Below are positions 1 to 8,633 of a stretch of 32,000 nt of DNA, one piece after another. The stretch is from contig NC_006624.1 of NCBI RefSeq assembly GCF_000009965.1, positions 120,001 to 152,000 on the forward strand, written 5' to 3'. The translations under genes were made by a program, and so were the position numbers. The notes below the pieces were generated by a model. It searched no databases. It worked only from the letters and a program-made list of their open reading frames with translations, and was not told the DNA's origin. The stretch's first letter is position 1; every line of letters starts with the position of its first letter. This DNA comes from Thermococcus kodakarensis KOD1. GTDB taxonomy: Archaea > Methanobacteriota_B > Thermococci > Thermococcales > Thermococcaceae.

Positions 1-17
1 CGCGTATTGTCCTATGT

Positions 18-488
18 ATGGAAGGAACAGGTATTGCAAGAATCGTGGCCGAGAAAATCGCAGAGGTGTGGGATGAGCTTTTAAACACTGAGATAGTTGG
101 GATTCCCCATTTGGTTGGTAGTATTTCCTCAGATGGAGAGGTCGAGATGTTTTTAGTGTTCTTTGATGAGTACACGTTTGAGAGAACAATAGAGGACGGT
201 AGCGTTAGCTTTACTTTTCCAATCGAGGCCACTGACCCGAAGGAGCTGTTTATGTCCCTTCTGAAGTTCATCAGGGAAGGGACGACACCCAGCATTCTAG
301 AACCCGGTGAAAAGATAAAGGAACCCCTTAAAGAGAACCTAACGAAGAGAGGCTTTGAGGTTCTCTGGATTGCGGGAAACGATTACGTTGACGCTTGGGT
401 TTCCAAAAGTGGAGTGAAGTACCACCTGAGCTTCGAAAGAACGGGAAAAGACGAATACACTTTGGTGAGAAAAGAAAAAGTTCAGTAG
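18..488 (+). CDS. hypothetical protein (156 aa from first ATG; reading frame stays open to the left window edge, so the 5' end may be truncated)
   Basis: Long ORF with hyperthermophile-like E/K/V-rich composition. I recognise no family motif. Its 3' end overlaps the pdaD 3' end by 7 nt (convergent). Confidence 0.55.
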   Translation: MEGTGIARIVAEKIAEVWDELLNTEIVGIPHLVGSISSDGEVEMFLVFFDEYTFERTIEDGSVSFTFPIEATDPKELFMSLLKFIREGTTPSILEPGEKIKEPLKENLTKRGFEVLWIAGNDYVDAWVSKSGVKYHLSFERTGKDEYTLVRKEKVQ

Positions 489-955
489 GGGAACATGACG
501 ACGACCGCTATTGCGGCGGCTGGCTTGTCCTTGACGGTTATCTCGGCGCTTGCAACCTTGAACTCACCGAGCTCCCAGCCCCTCTGCCTGAAGCCTTCTT
601 CGACCATCTTCCTGACCATTTCCTCGGCTTCTTCCTTGGTGCAGTAGCCCGAATACTCGTAGATCAGACCGCCTTCGTTGTTCTTGCTTATCCCGACGCC
701 CAGTGCGGCGCTTATCGTCATCCCCGGCTCGTCGCTCTCGATGTGGGCGTAAACTGTCGGCAGGAGCATTCCTATCGGAACGTCGTGTACCTTCTCCATC
801 CACTCGATATGTGCGGGAATAACGCTGCTTAGCTTGACCAGGTTAACGTTTCCTATGCCCAGCTTGAGGAGTGCGTTGTCAAAGGCGTTCAGCTTAGTCC
901 CTCCCTCAGCGGTTGCGGCACCTATAAAAGCTCTCTTTGGGGTTGTCCAGCTCAT
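482..955 (-). CDS. pdaD: pyruvoyl-dependent arginine decarboxylase proenzyme
   Basis: 157 aa. Typical PdaD sequence throughout, with the self-processing motif VKLSS|VIP (Ser43-Ser44). The size matches archaeal PdaD. Confidence 0.93.
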   Translation of the reverse strand: MSWTTPKRAFIGAATAEGGTKLNAFDNALLKLGIGNVNLVKLSSVIPAHIEWMEKVHDVPIGMLLPTVYAHIESDEPGMTISAALGVGISKNNEGGLIYEYSGYCTKEEAEEMVRKMVEEGFRQRGWELGEFKVASAEITVKDKPAAAIAVVVMFPY

Positions 956-1454
956 CTCAACCTCCTCCTTTTCTCTTTAGGTATACTCTCCTCCTGTTAT
1001 TAGATGAGCAGACTGTTTAATCAAACGCGACTTCTTTACCAGCTTAAAAACGTTTCGCTATATCTAAAAGAGGCGATTTGGGGGTGTTTTTGTAGCATAG
1101 AAGGCCCATGGGGGGAAAACGCGCTAAAACATCATTCTCGATGCCATTGAGTAGAGAACGAAGAAGGTTATGATAAGCGTGATTATGTAGAACATCAGGC
1201 CCGCCGTGAAGAAACAAGCCCAAACAGGAACCCATCCTCAAATGTCAATTTTTTCTTTCCCATCCGTTCAAATTCAAATCGCCCCAATGGATACTGCGTT
1301 TGACCGCCCATGATAATTTTTTGACGGCGCTCTCAATAATCTACAGGAATTTCGACTGAACTCCCTATTTCCGGCCACACCAAAAAGCACTGATAACAGC
1401 TTGGACATGATAAGGTTTAAATGCTCAAAGTTGCAACCATGGACGGTGATGTTC

Positions 1455-1859
1455 ATGATCGAAGTCGGGGAATACAAGGTCAAGGAAGGCCTCTACTACA
1501 CGAAAGACCACGAGTGGGCTCAAGTTCTTGATGACGGCACGGTTCTCGTTGGCATAAGCGATTACGCCCAGAAGGAGCTGGGAGACCTCGCCTACGTCGA
1601 GCTTCCGGAAGTCGGCAAGGAAGTCAGCAAGGGCGACGTTCTCTGTGAGATTGAGAGCGTCAAGGCAGTCAGCGAGGTCTACGCCCCAGTCAGCGGCGAG
1701 GTCATCGAGGTCAACGAGGCCCTCGAGGACAGCCCCGAGCTCCTCAACGAGGATCCCTACGAGAACTGGATCGCCAAGCTCAAGCCGACCAACCTTGAGG
1801 AAGAGCTCAAGGAGCTTATGGACGCCCAAGCCTACGCCGAATACCTGAGGAGCCTTTGA
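1455..1859 (+). CDS. gcvH: glycine cleavage system protein H (lipoyl carrier)
   Basis: Lipoyl-lysine motif EIESVKAVSEVYAP and the GISDYAQ motif. Track ORF starts at 1401. ATG 1455 (or 1449), preceded by GGTGAT, gives the usual ~134 aa. Confidence 0.9.
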   Translation: MIEVGEYKVKEGLYYTKDHEWAQVLDDGTVLVGISDYAQKELGDLAYVELPEVGKEVSKGDVLCEIESVKAVSEVYAPVSGEVIEVNEALEDSPELLNEDPYENWIAKLKPTNLEEELKELMDAQAYAEYLRSL

Positions 1860-1860
1860 T

Positions 1861-1892
1861 GGGCTTTTTCTTCTTCATTATTTCCTTATTTC
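1861..1892 (+). terminator. oligo-T tract downstream of gcvH
   Basis: gggCTTTTTCTTCTTCATTATTTCCTTATTTC sits immediately after the stop codon. This is archaeal-type T-run termination. Confidence 0.4.
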
Positions 1893-2009
1893 TAAAGAAC
1901 ATTAAGCGTTTGAACTTTCTAGCCCTTTTGGATTGGATGTTATCTGTTGGGTGCGTCGAAATTAAGGAATGATTTTTAAGCTTCGCTCCTTTTTATCATC
2001 GGTGAAAGT

Positions 2010-2441
2010 ATGGAAAAGAGACTCGTGAGATCAAAAAAGAATAGGATTTTCCTTGGAGTTCTTGGGGGAATAGCCGAGTACCTGGAAGTGGATCCGACTA
2101 TTGTCAGGCTTATCTTCGTCGTTCTCTTCGCGGTTAATCCAGGCGTTATGACGCTGGCCTACCTGCTTGCTGCTCTGGTGATGCCCGAAGAGAGCTCTGA
2201 GGAAGAGAGCTCTGACCTCGGCAAGAAACTCGAAGACGTCATAAAGGAAGCTGGGGAGAGCCTGGGTGCCGTGGTTCACGAGGACAGCACATCCAGAATC
2301 GTCGCCCTTGTCCTGATACTTCTTGGAGCCATCCTTCTGGTGGATTCCGCCTTTAGAGTGCTCCCTGTGGTGGGCTTCAAGACGCTCCTTGCAGTTGTCC
2401 TGCTGGTAATCGGCGTAGTGCTCCTTAAGGAGGGTGAGTGA
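2010..2441 (+). CDS. PspC-domain membrane protein
   Basis: N-terminal RSKKNRIFLGVLGGIAEYLEVDPTIVRLIFVVL is a canonical PspC domain. It is followed by an acidic linker and C-terminal TM helices. A GGTGA RBS lies upstream. Confidence 0.85.
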   Translation: MEKRLVRSKKNRIFLGVLGGIAEYLEVDPTIVRLIFVVLFAVNPGVMTLAYLLAALVMPEESSEEESSDLGKKLEDVIKEAGESLGAVVHEDSTSRIVALVLILLGAILLVDSAFRVLPVVGFKTLLAVVLLVIGVVLLKEGE

Positions 2442-2442
2442 T

Positions 2443-2670
2443 ATGAGGACGCTTGGATACATCTTCATTTTCCTTGGATTATTGCTCCTCCTGAAGGAGT
2501 TTCAGCCGGCAGTACTCGAGCCGCTGAGGGTTTACGCGCCCTACATAAAGAACGCCTTCTGGGGCGTGACCCTGCTGGCCCTCGGCCTGTACATGCTTAC
2601 CAGAAAGACCCTCAGGAAAGCCGTCCTAGTGCTCTACATAATCTATCTAATCCTGTACCTGGTGGTGTGA
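2443..2670 (+). CDS. small (75 aa) three-TM membrane protein, unknown function
   Basis: ATG lies 1 nt after the PspC stop, behind AGGAGGGTGA. Three hydrophobic segments. The stop abuts the next ATG (TGAATG). Confidence 0.6.
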   Translation: MRTLGYIFIFLGLLLLLKEFQPAVLEPLRVYAPYIKNAFWGVTLLALGLYMLTRKTLRKAVLVLYIIYLILYLVV

Positions 2671-3597
2671 ATGGAGCGGTGGAATATTGTGAGAGCGTTT
2701 CTGCTTGGCCCCCTGCTGGAGGCGGCACTTCCAAAGCCCGGCAACGTGAACCGCTACCGCGACTTCAGCGACCTCACCCTCTACAACTTCATATTCGCCA
2801 ACACGGCTGTTGTGAGTGTTTACCATGAGGCCGTGAGGACTGCGGAGCTGGTCAGGAGGGGCGAGCTCTTCCCGTCTGAGGCTGGTATTGGGAGTCTGAT
2901 AAAACGGGCGGTGATAGCGTCGAAGGAAGTCCAGGACGCCAACCCTAACTTTGGAGTTCTCGTACTGGGGATACCTCTGGCCATGGGTTCTTCCCTCTCG
3001 AAGAACCCCCTGGAGGCTGGAGAAAAGGCCCGCGAGCTCATCCGGGCCTCGACGGTTAGAGACACAATGGAGCTTTACCGGGCAATCAGGACGGCCAACC
3101 CGAAAGGAATACCCGGCGGTGTCAAGTACGACGTATATTCCGACGACTCATTTGAGGAGCTCTTCAGGGACGGGATAAACCTGTGGAAGCTCGCTGAGAT
3201 AAGCTGTGAGAGGGAGCTTGTCTTCTGTGAGTGGCTCACCGGCTACGAGCTCACGTACTCGACCGCTGAGAGGTTATTCCAGCTCATAAAAGAGTACCCT
3301 CTGGAAGATGCTGCCGTCAGGGCTTTCCTCGAACTTCTGGCAAGCAGGGAGGACACACTCATAGTCAGGAAAGCCGGAAAGGAAGAAGCAGAGCTCGTTT
3401 TGGAAAAAGCCCGTGAAGTTCTCGAGGGAAGGCTCAGCGTTGATGAGTTCGACGCCTTTCTCAGGGAAAAAGGTGACTTGAGGAATCCTGGAAGCCTCGC
3501 CGACATCATGGCGGCATCGCTCAGCGTTTTAGCCCTCGCGGGCCTGAAAATCAAAGTTGTGGACGGAAAAGCATGGGGAATCATGGGACAACCTTAA
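2671..3597 (+). CDS. CitG/MdcB-family triphosphoribosyl-dephospho-CoA synthase-like protein
   Basis: 308 aa. N-terminal LPKPGNVNR motif and overall helical pattern typical of the ATP:dephospho-CoA triphosphoribosyl transferase family. Confidence 0.78.
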   Translation: MERWNIVRAFLLGPLLEAALPKPGNVNRYRDFSDLTLYNFIFANTAVVSVYHEAVRTAELVRRGELFPSEAGIGSLIKRAVIASKEVQDANPNFGVLVLGIPLAMGSSLSKNPLEAGEKARELIRASTVRDTMELYRAIRTANPKGIPGGVKYDVYSDDSFEELFRDGINLWKLAEISCERELVFCEWLTGYELTYSTAERLFQLIKEYPLEDAAVRAFLELLASREDTLIVRKAGKEEAELVLEKAREVLEGRLSVDEFDAFLREKGDLRNPGSLADIMAASLSVLALAGLKIKVVDGKAWGIMGQP

Positions 3598-3871
3598 AGC
3601 GCCTCGTGGCTGGGGCGTATCCAAGGGCTTTGGTGTCAACGACGACCGCATCTCCGCCGAGCTCCTCAAGGATTCTCACCCTGAGGCCGGAGAGCTCAAA
3701 AACTTCCTCCTCTCCGCCAAACTCCTCGTTTACTTGTTCTTTTATAAACTCATAAGCTTCCTTCCCGACGAGAACGACATCGGGTTCAAAGCCCTCCAGC
3801 TTCAGCTCGTTCGCCTTCTCTTCAACAGAGCTCAGAATCCTTATCAGGTCTCCCCTCATAACTGTCACCAT
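3581..3871 (-). CDS. small acidic conserved hypothetical protein (96 aa; possible start at internal ATG 3859)
   Basis: Protein-like E/K/V-rich composition, unlike the overlapping plus-strand ORF 3557..4057. Lies 63 nt downstream of the RecJ-like gene on the same strand. Confidence 0.62.
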   Translation of the reverse strand: MVTVMRGDLIRILSSVEEKANELKLEGFEPDVVLVGKEAYEFIKEQVNEEFGGEEEVFELSGLRVRILEELGGDAVVVDTKALGYAPATRRFKVVP

Positions 3872-3934
3872 CTCTGGGTTGTCCCGAAGGTTAAAAACGT
3901 TTGCAGGAACAAAACCAGGGAAAAGAAAAAGACA

Positions 3935-6160
3935 TCAGGAAATCTTCTTCAGCTTCACGACTTCCTTGGCGAACTCCTCAAGAACCTCCTTCCTCATGCC
4001 CTCGAAGAACTTTATCGAGCCGGCGTAGCTGTGACCGCCGCCCTCGATTCCGGCTGACGGAAGCTTCTCCTGGAGCTTTGGAATTATCTCGTTGAGGTCA
4101 AAGCCGTAGGCAGCCATACCGTCGCTGGCCCTGACAACCGCGAAGTCTGGGCCGTAGGCTAATGTCAGTATCGGCGAGTCCTCACCGTACTTCTCCTTGA
4201 AGTGGTCGTGGATTAATCCAGAGAGCTTGCCTGGAGACGGATAGCTGAACTTCGGCGCGAACAGCTCCACATCTATAGTGTTGAACCTTACCCCGTTCGG
4301 CAGGACAACGCTCTTGACGTGCGGCAGGGAGGCCCTCAGTGCCTTCTCCTGCTTCTCCTTGACCTCGGGATAGATGGCATTGATGAGCTCGCGGTGCCTC
4401 TGGAGGTTGCCGGTCAGGAGGAGTATTTCATCGATAATGCCGTGTCCGTCCATGAACTTCCAGAAGTAGGCCTCGTGGTCGATGACCTCGGCTATCTTCT
4501 TCAGGTCTTCCTCCGTGAGGCCCTTCGCCTTCTTCGCTATCTCGAGATACTGGTAGAACTCCGGGGCCTTGCTCTTGTCGCCCGTTCCAGCTATCGCAGG
4601 AAGGTGCTTTATCTTGTCCTCTACTTCTGGATTGATGAAGCGCGCCACTTCGGTGGCGAGCATTCCGGCCGTTAGCTCGTAGTAGCCGCGCTTGACGTGG
4701 TGCGGGTTGACGTGAACATCGACGTAGTCATCAACCTTGGCTTTGTCTTCGCTCACCCACTCGCGCGGGTCGTGGTGGTCTATGACCACTATCGGGACGC
4801 CGTAGGCGCGAATGCGCTTGTAAGCTGGAATGTCTTCGCTTGTTCCACCGTTGTCAACTATAACAACCAGCGGGAGCGGGTCGCCGAACTTCTCGTGGTC
4901 TTCGACCATGAAGATAATGTCCTTAAGAACATCCTCCAGCTCGTAGAAGGGTGCCCTGCTCGGTCTCCTCTTGAAGAGCTTCCACCTCGCCTGCGGGTCT
5001 GGTGATATCTTCTCGATGAGGGGGACTATAGCGTACTCAAGGGCCAGGCCGGATGTATAGCCATCGGCATCGGCGTGATGCCTCAGGAGTATCGGCCTTC
5101 CCTCCAGGATTGCCCTCCTTATCATGAAGGCGGCCTTCATTATCTTCGGCTTGAGCTTCTCAAGAACCTCGCTCTCCACCAGGAAACCAACGTCTTCCGG
5201 CTGTGCCCTCCTGTCGAGCTCGGCCTCTATCTGTTGCTTCACCCTCGCTGCATCCGGGCCCCAGAGCCTCGCCATGTCGCTGGCTTCGATCTGTATCTCG
5301 CCCGAGTGGAAGGCAACCTTACCGATGACCTCAACTATGTCCCCAACGTTGATGTTCGGGTAAGCCCTGACTCCGGGCGCCTCAAAGGCCGCTACCCAGG
5401 TTATCCCAGTTCCGTCGGTTATCGTGAAGACCGTCGGCCCGCCGGTTACCTGAACTTGGGTGATTCTTCCCTGTATCCTGACGGTCTTACCCGCCATGTC
5501 CTTGCTCAGCTCGGCTATCGGAGTGACCGGAAGCTCCTTCCTAACAACGACCGTCTTGTAGTGCTTGAGGGCAGACTCTATGAGGTCGACCTCCCTCTTG
5601 TCGGGTCTCACGTCGAGAACCTGCACGACTATCTCGTCGCCGGGCTTGTACTCCCTTCCACCGAGGAGGTCTTTCCTCTTGATGAGACCCGTAACGTGTG
5701 GGTTGAGCTTGACGAAGACGCCGAAGCGCTCCACCCTGTCAATCGTGCCCTTGTACAGGCTACCAACTTCAACGTCTTCATAATCACATGTCTTATCGAG
5801 GATGTAAACGACCTTGTATTTCCTCAGACAGTCAGGACAAACCCACGTTGTCTCCATGCCCGGCTCCCAGGGGCCTTTTATCTTTCCACAGATGTCGCAG
5901 GCTAGAACTTTCCCAGTTCCCCCGCAGGTCGGGCAGGTGTCGTAAACTGGAACAGTACCCTTCCCATGGCACTCAGGGCAGGGTATCTCGTCAACTTCAT
6001 CCTCAACTCCAAGGTGATCTAGGTTTCTGTAACCCTTGAGTTTGTCTCCAATCTTAAAGTCAGCTGGAACGTATCCCCAGCCCTCGCAAACGGGGCACTC
6101 CTTCTCGCCAACTTTTACTTTGCCCGTTCCGTGGCATTCGGGACAGTCTTTCACAACCAT
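3935..6160 (-). CDS. RecJ-like DHH/DHHA1 nuclease with N-terminal zinc-finger array, S1 and OB domains (HAN, Hef-associated nuclease type)
   Basis: Six CxxC pairs, four of them CxxCxGxG. S1 motif GSLYKGTIDRVERFGVFVKL. OB fold. DHH motifs HADADG, VIVDNG, VVIDHHDP. DHHA1 motif GGGHSYAGS. GGTGAG RBS. Confidence 0.85.
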   Translation of the reverse strand: MVVKDCPECHGTGKVKVGEKECPVCEGWGYVPADFKIGDKLKGYRNLDHLGVEDEVDEIPCPECHGKGTVPVYDTCPTCGGTGKVLACDICGKIKGPWEPGMETTWVCPDCLRKYKVVYILDKTCDYEDVEVGSLYKGTIDRVERFGVFVKLNPHVTGLIKRKDLLGGREYKPGDEIVVQVLDVRPDKREVDLIESALKHYKTVVVRKELPVTPIAELSKDMAGKTVRIQGRITQVQVTGGPTVFTITDGTGITWVAAFEAPGVRAYPNINVGDIVEVIGKVAFHSGEIQIEASDMARLWGPDAARVKQQIEAELDRRAQPEDVGFLVESEVLEKLKPKIMKAAFMIRRAILEGRPILLRHHADADGYTSGLALEYAIVPLIEKISPDPQARWKLFKRRPSRAPFYELEDVLKDIIFMVEDHEKFGDPLPLVVIVDNGGTSEDIPAYKRIRAYGVPIVVIDHHDPREWVSEDKAKVDDYVDVHVNPHHVKRGYYELTAGMLATEVARFINPEVEDKIKHLPAIAGTGDKSKAPEFYQYLEIAKKAKGLTEEDLKKIAEVIDHEAYFWKFMDGHGIIDEILLLTGNLQRHRELINAIYPEVKEKQEKALRASLPHVKSVVLPNGVRFNTIDVELFAPKFSYPSPGKLSGLIHDHFKEKYGEDSPILTLAYGPDFAVVRASDGMAAYGFDLNEIIPKLQEKLPSAGIEGGGHSYAGSIKFFEGMRKEVLEEFAKEVVKLKKIS

Positions 6161-6251
6161 CTTCTCTCACCGGCCTAAGTTTGAAGGTTGCCTTAAAAAG
6201 TTAGTTAGTCCGCTTTGGGTCTTCGGGGGATATCTCCAATCGTTGCAACCT

Positions 6252-6273
6252 ACACAAATACATACACAAATAC
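6252..6273 (+). repeat. tandem direct repeat ACACAAATAC-AT-ACACAAATAC abutting the MCP TATA box
   Basis: Read directly: copies at 6252-6261 and 6264-6273, followed by CTTAAAAATAA at 6275-6285. Confidence 0.45.
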
Positions 6274-6308
6274 CTTAAAAATAATCGAAGAGTAATTCAG
6301 ATTGGTTG

Positions 6309-8564
6309 ATGATTCCCTTAAAGGGGGGATTGTTGTTGAGGTTTAGGCAGAAGATTTACGTCGCGATCATTGGAACTCTCACGGTGATAATGCTCATAAT
6401 GGCGGTTCTCCAAGTTAGGGGGATCAGCCGGATGGGGGAAACCGTCGAGGAGACAATGAGTCCGGCCCTATTGGAGCAGGCGAAACATACGGCGTTATTG
6501 GAAAGTGAAAGCTACTCAAGGGAGATTGATGGTGTTATGTATGCGCTCCGTATGTTGGCCGATTCCTATGCTAAGTCCATAGAGAAGGAATACTCGTTTG
6601 GCTCCTACATCCCCGGATATACGGATAGCCCCCCGTTCTGGAACTACGTTAAAAAGATTCTTCAGAGCTTTAAAAATTCCGATGAGAGGATAATCAACGT
6701 TTACTACGCGGATTTCAGGGGGAGGCTGGAAATAATCCCGCCAGCGGAGCTTCCAGAGGATTTCAACGCGACGAAAACTAGCTGGTATCAGAGGGCGGTA
6801 AGTGAGGGGTCCTTCTGGACGGATCCGTATACGGATATGATAACTAACAAAACTGTGGTCAGTTACATCGTCCCCATTAAGTATGAGGGAGAAGTAAAGG
6901 GCGTTCTTGGGGTTGACGTCGATGTCTCCATCATAAAGGAGGAAATACTGAGAGCAAAACTCGGAAAAACAGGTTACTCATTCGTTGTCAACTCAAACGG
7001 CACCGTCATAATACATCCGAACAGCGACCTCGTTGGGAAGCTCAACATTTTTGAAGATCCATCGTATTCGGCCCTTTCCAAGGCTCTGGAGAGGAAAGAT
7101 ACTGGCGTCATTGAGACGACCCTCAATGGGAAGGACGTGCTGGTGGCATTTTCGAAGAGCAGTGTGTCAGGATGGATAATATTATCAGTCGTGCCCAAGG
7201 AGGAAATGATGGCCTCCCTGCTCAGCGCCCTGGAGAGGGCCAGGGGTGAGGCATCAAAGAGTCTCGTTTTAAGCCTCCTCGCTTCTTTGGCTGCTGGTAT
7301 AGTGCTGGCTCTCCTCAGCGTAAAATATCTGCGCGACTCTCTCAGACCCATAGAAGAGCTCACCAAGGCTGCTGAATTGATTGGGGAAGGGAAATTGGAG
7401 GAAGCAAAACGGCACGTGTCGTCGATTGACTACCCGTACAGGGACGACGAGATAGGAAAACTCCTCACCGCCTTTGAGGCAATATCGAAGGATGTCATAG
7501 GCACGCTGAACGGGGTCATCGCCCGTCTGCAAGACATGGCGGAGGGCAGGCTGAACTACACCCTCGATGAAAACGCGCGCGGTGACCTCCAGAACATAAT
7601 CCTCGCCCTTAGGGAGACCTCAGCAAAGATGAGGACGCTCATCGGAAACATCAGGGAGATAGGGTTTGAGCTTGATAGGCAGGCTGATACACTGGCGGAA
7701 ATCGCGGAGAACGTCAGGCATTCCATGGATCAGGTCGGCGAGGCGGTGGAGCAGGTGAGCATCGAGGCCCAGAGGGAGCAGGAGAACATCAACGAGATAA
7801 CCGAGGGCATGCGCGTGGTTTCTTCCATAACAGAGGAGACAGTAGATACAATGAACGAGTTTGAGAGTGCCGTGGGGGAAGTTGTCAGGATAGCTGAAGA
7901 GGGCAGGAGCAAGGGAGAGCTGGCCATTAAAGATGTCGAGAGCATAAAGCGCTCAATGCACTTCATAGATGAGGCCGTTAAGGCGGTCAGTGAGATGAGC
8001 AGGAAGATCGGTGAGATAACCCAGGCCATCAGCGGCATTGCCGAGCAGACCAACCTGCTTGCCCTGAACGCGGCCATTGAGGCGGCCAGAGCAGGTGAGG
8101 CAGGTAAGGGATTCGCAGTAGTTGCTCAGGAGATACGCAGTCTGGCTGAAGACAGCAAGCAGGCTGCCGAAACCATAAACAGAATCATTGCGGAGATGGA
8201 GGAGAAGGTTCAGAGGGCCGTTGAGGAGACGCAGAGGGGAGTTAATACCGTTTCGAGGTCAACACAGGGTCTCCAGGAGAGCCTGGGCTACCTGGGTCAC
8301 ATCGCCGAGATGATAAGTGCCGTCGGTTCCAGGGTCTCGGAGGTTAAGGAGCAGGCCGAGAGGACGAGGGAAGAGGTGGAGAAAGCCCTGAAGGCGCTGG
8401 AGAACCTCGCTGCAAGTGCCGAGGAAACGACCGCCAGTGCGGAAGAGGTAAGCTCCGCCATGCAAGAGCAGAGGGCTGAGATAGAGAGCCTAGCAGAAGA
8501 GGCCAGAAAGCTGCGCGAAATCGCGAGGTCACTCCGCCAGAACGTTGAGCAGTTCCAGCTCTAA
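6309..8564 (+). CDS. methyl-accepting chemotaxis protein (two TM helices, Cache-like extracellular domain, HAMP, MA signalling domain)
   Basis: Highly conserved hairpin tip [39 protein letters not shown]-terminal TM, ~280-aa extracellular domain, second TM. Start is ATG 6309 (track uses TTG 6306). Confidence 0.92.
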   Translation: MIPLKGGLLLRFRQKIYVAIIGTLTVIMLIMAVLQVRGISRMGETVEETMSPALLEQAKHTALLESESYSREIDGVMYALRMLADSYAKSIEKEYSFGSYIPGYTDSPPFWNYVKKILQSFKNSDERIINVYYADFRGRLEIIPPAELPEDFNATKTSWYQRAVSEGSFWTDPYTDMITNKTVVSYIVPIKYEGEVKGVLGVDVDVSIIKEEILRAKLGKTGYSFVVNSNGTVIIHPNSDLVGKLNIFEDPSYSALSKALERKDTGVIETTLNGKDVLVAFSKSSVSGWIILSVVPKEEMMASLLSALERARGEASKSLVLSLLASLAAGIVLALLSVKYLRDSLRPIEELTKAAELIGEGKLEEAKRHVSSIDYPYRDDEIGKLLTAFEAISKDVIGTLNGVIARLQDMAEGRLNYTLDENARGDLQNIILALRETSAKMRTLIGNIREIGFELDRQADTLAEIAENVRHSMDQVGEAVEQVSIEAQREQENINEITEGMRVVSSITEETVDTMNEFESAVGEVVRIAEEGRSKGELAIKDVESIKRSMHFIDEAVKAVSEMSRKIGEITQAISGIAEQTNLLALNAAIEAARAGEAGKGFAVVAQEIRSLAEDSKQAAETINRIIAEMEEKVQRAVEETQRGVNTVSRSTQGLQESLGYLGHIAEMISAVGSRVSEVKEQAERTREEVEKALKALENLAASAEETTASAEEVSSAMQEQRAEIESLAEEARKLREIARSLRQNVEQFQL

Positions 8565-8633
8565 GCTTTTCTGACTTTTCTTCTTGTTTTCTATCATCTC
8601 CTCCCGAAAATAAAAGAAGGGGCTAAAAGGGGA
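8565..8633. terminator. bidirectional terminator region between the convergent MCP and permease genes
   Basis: Plus strand carries CTTTTCTGACTTTTCTTCTTGTTTTC. Minus strand carries CCCCTTTTAGCCCCTTCTTTTATTTTCGGG. Confidence 0.45.

Noticed and set aside
395-832. Long ORFs antisense to confidently identified genes. Examples: 395..832, 4319..4675, 4697..5005, 5075..5905, 10105..10758, 19500..20162, 20442..20999, 24985..25398, 28536..29102, 30356..30709.
   Set aside because: Each lies entirely within, and opposite to, a gene with clear family motifs. Their translations are R/S/P/G-rich or low-complexity, with no start-site context. They are typical shadow ORFs of a GC-biased coding strand.
1044-1483. 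ORFs 1044..1241 and 1274..1483 (minus strand), and the 1401 start of the gcvH ORF.
   Set aside because: They have poor composition, non-ATG or context-less starts, and no RBS. GcvH homologues begin at MIEVGEYKV, so the upstream 18 codons are treated as non-coding.
3581-3871. Calling the 96-aa protein a family-4 (A-domain, DUF1884) encapsulin.
   Set aside because: This rests only on size, lineage and a vague secondary-structure impression. I cannot recall a reference sequence to compare. The neighbouring genes are not the enzyme classes I associate with that family. It is left as a testable idea, not an annotation.
3557-4057. 166-aa plus-strand ORF spanning the gap between the CitG-like gene and the RecJ-like gene.
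   Set aside because: It overlaps both the better-looking 96-aa minus-strand ORF and the 3' end of the RecJ-like gene. Its composition is not protein-like for this organism and it has no RBS.
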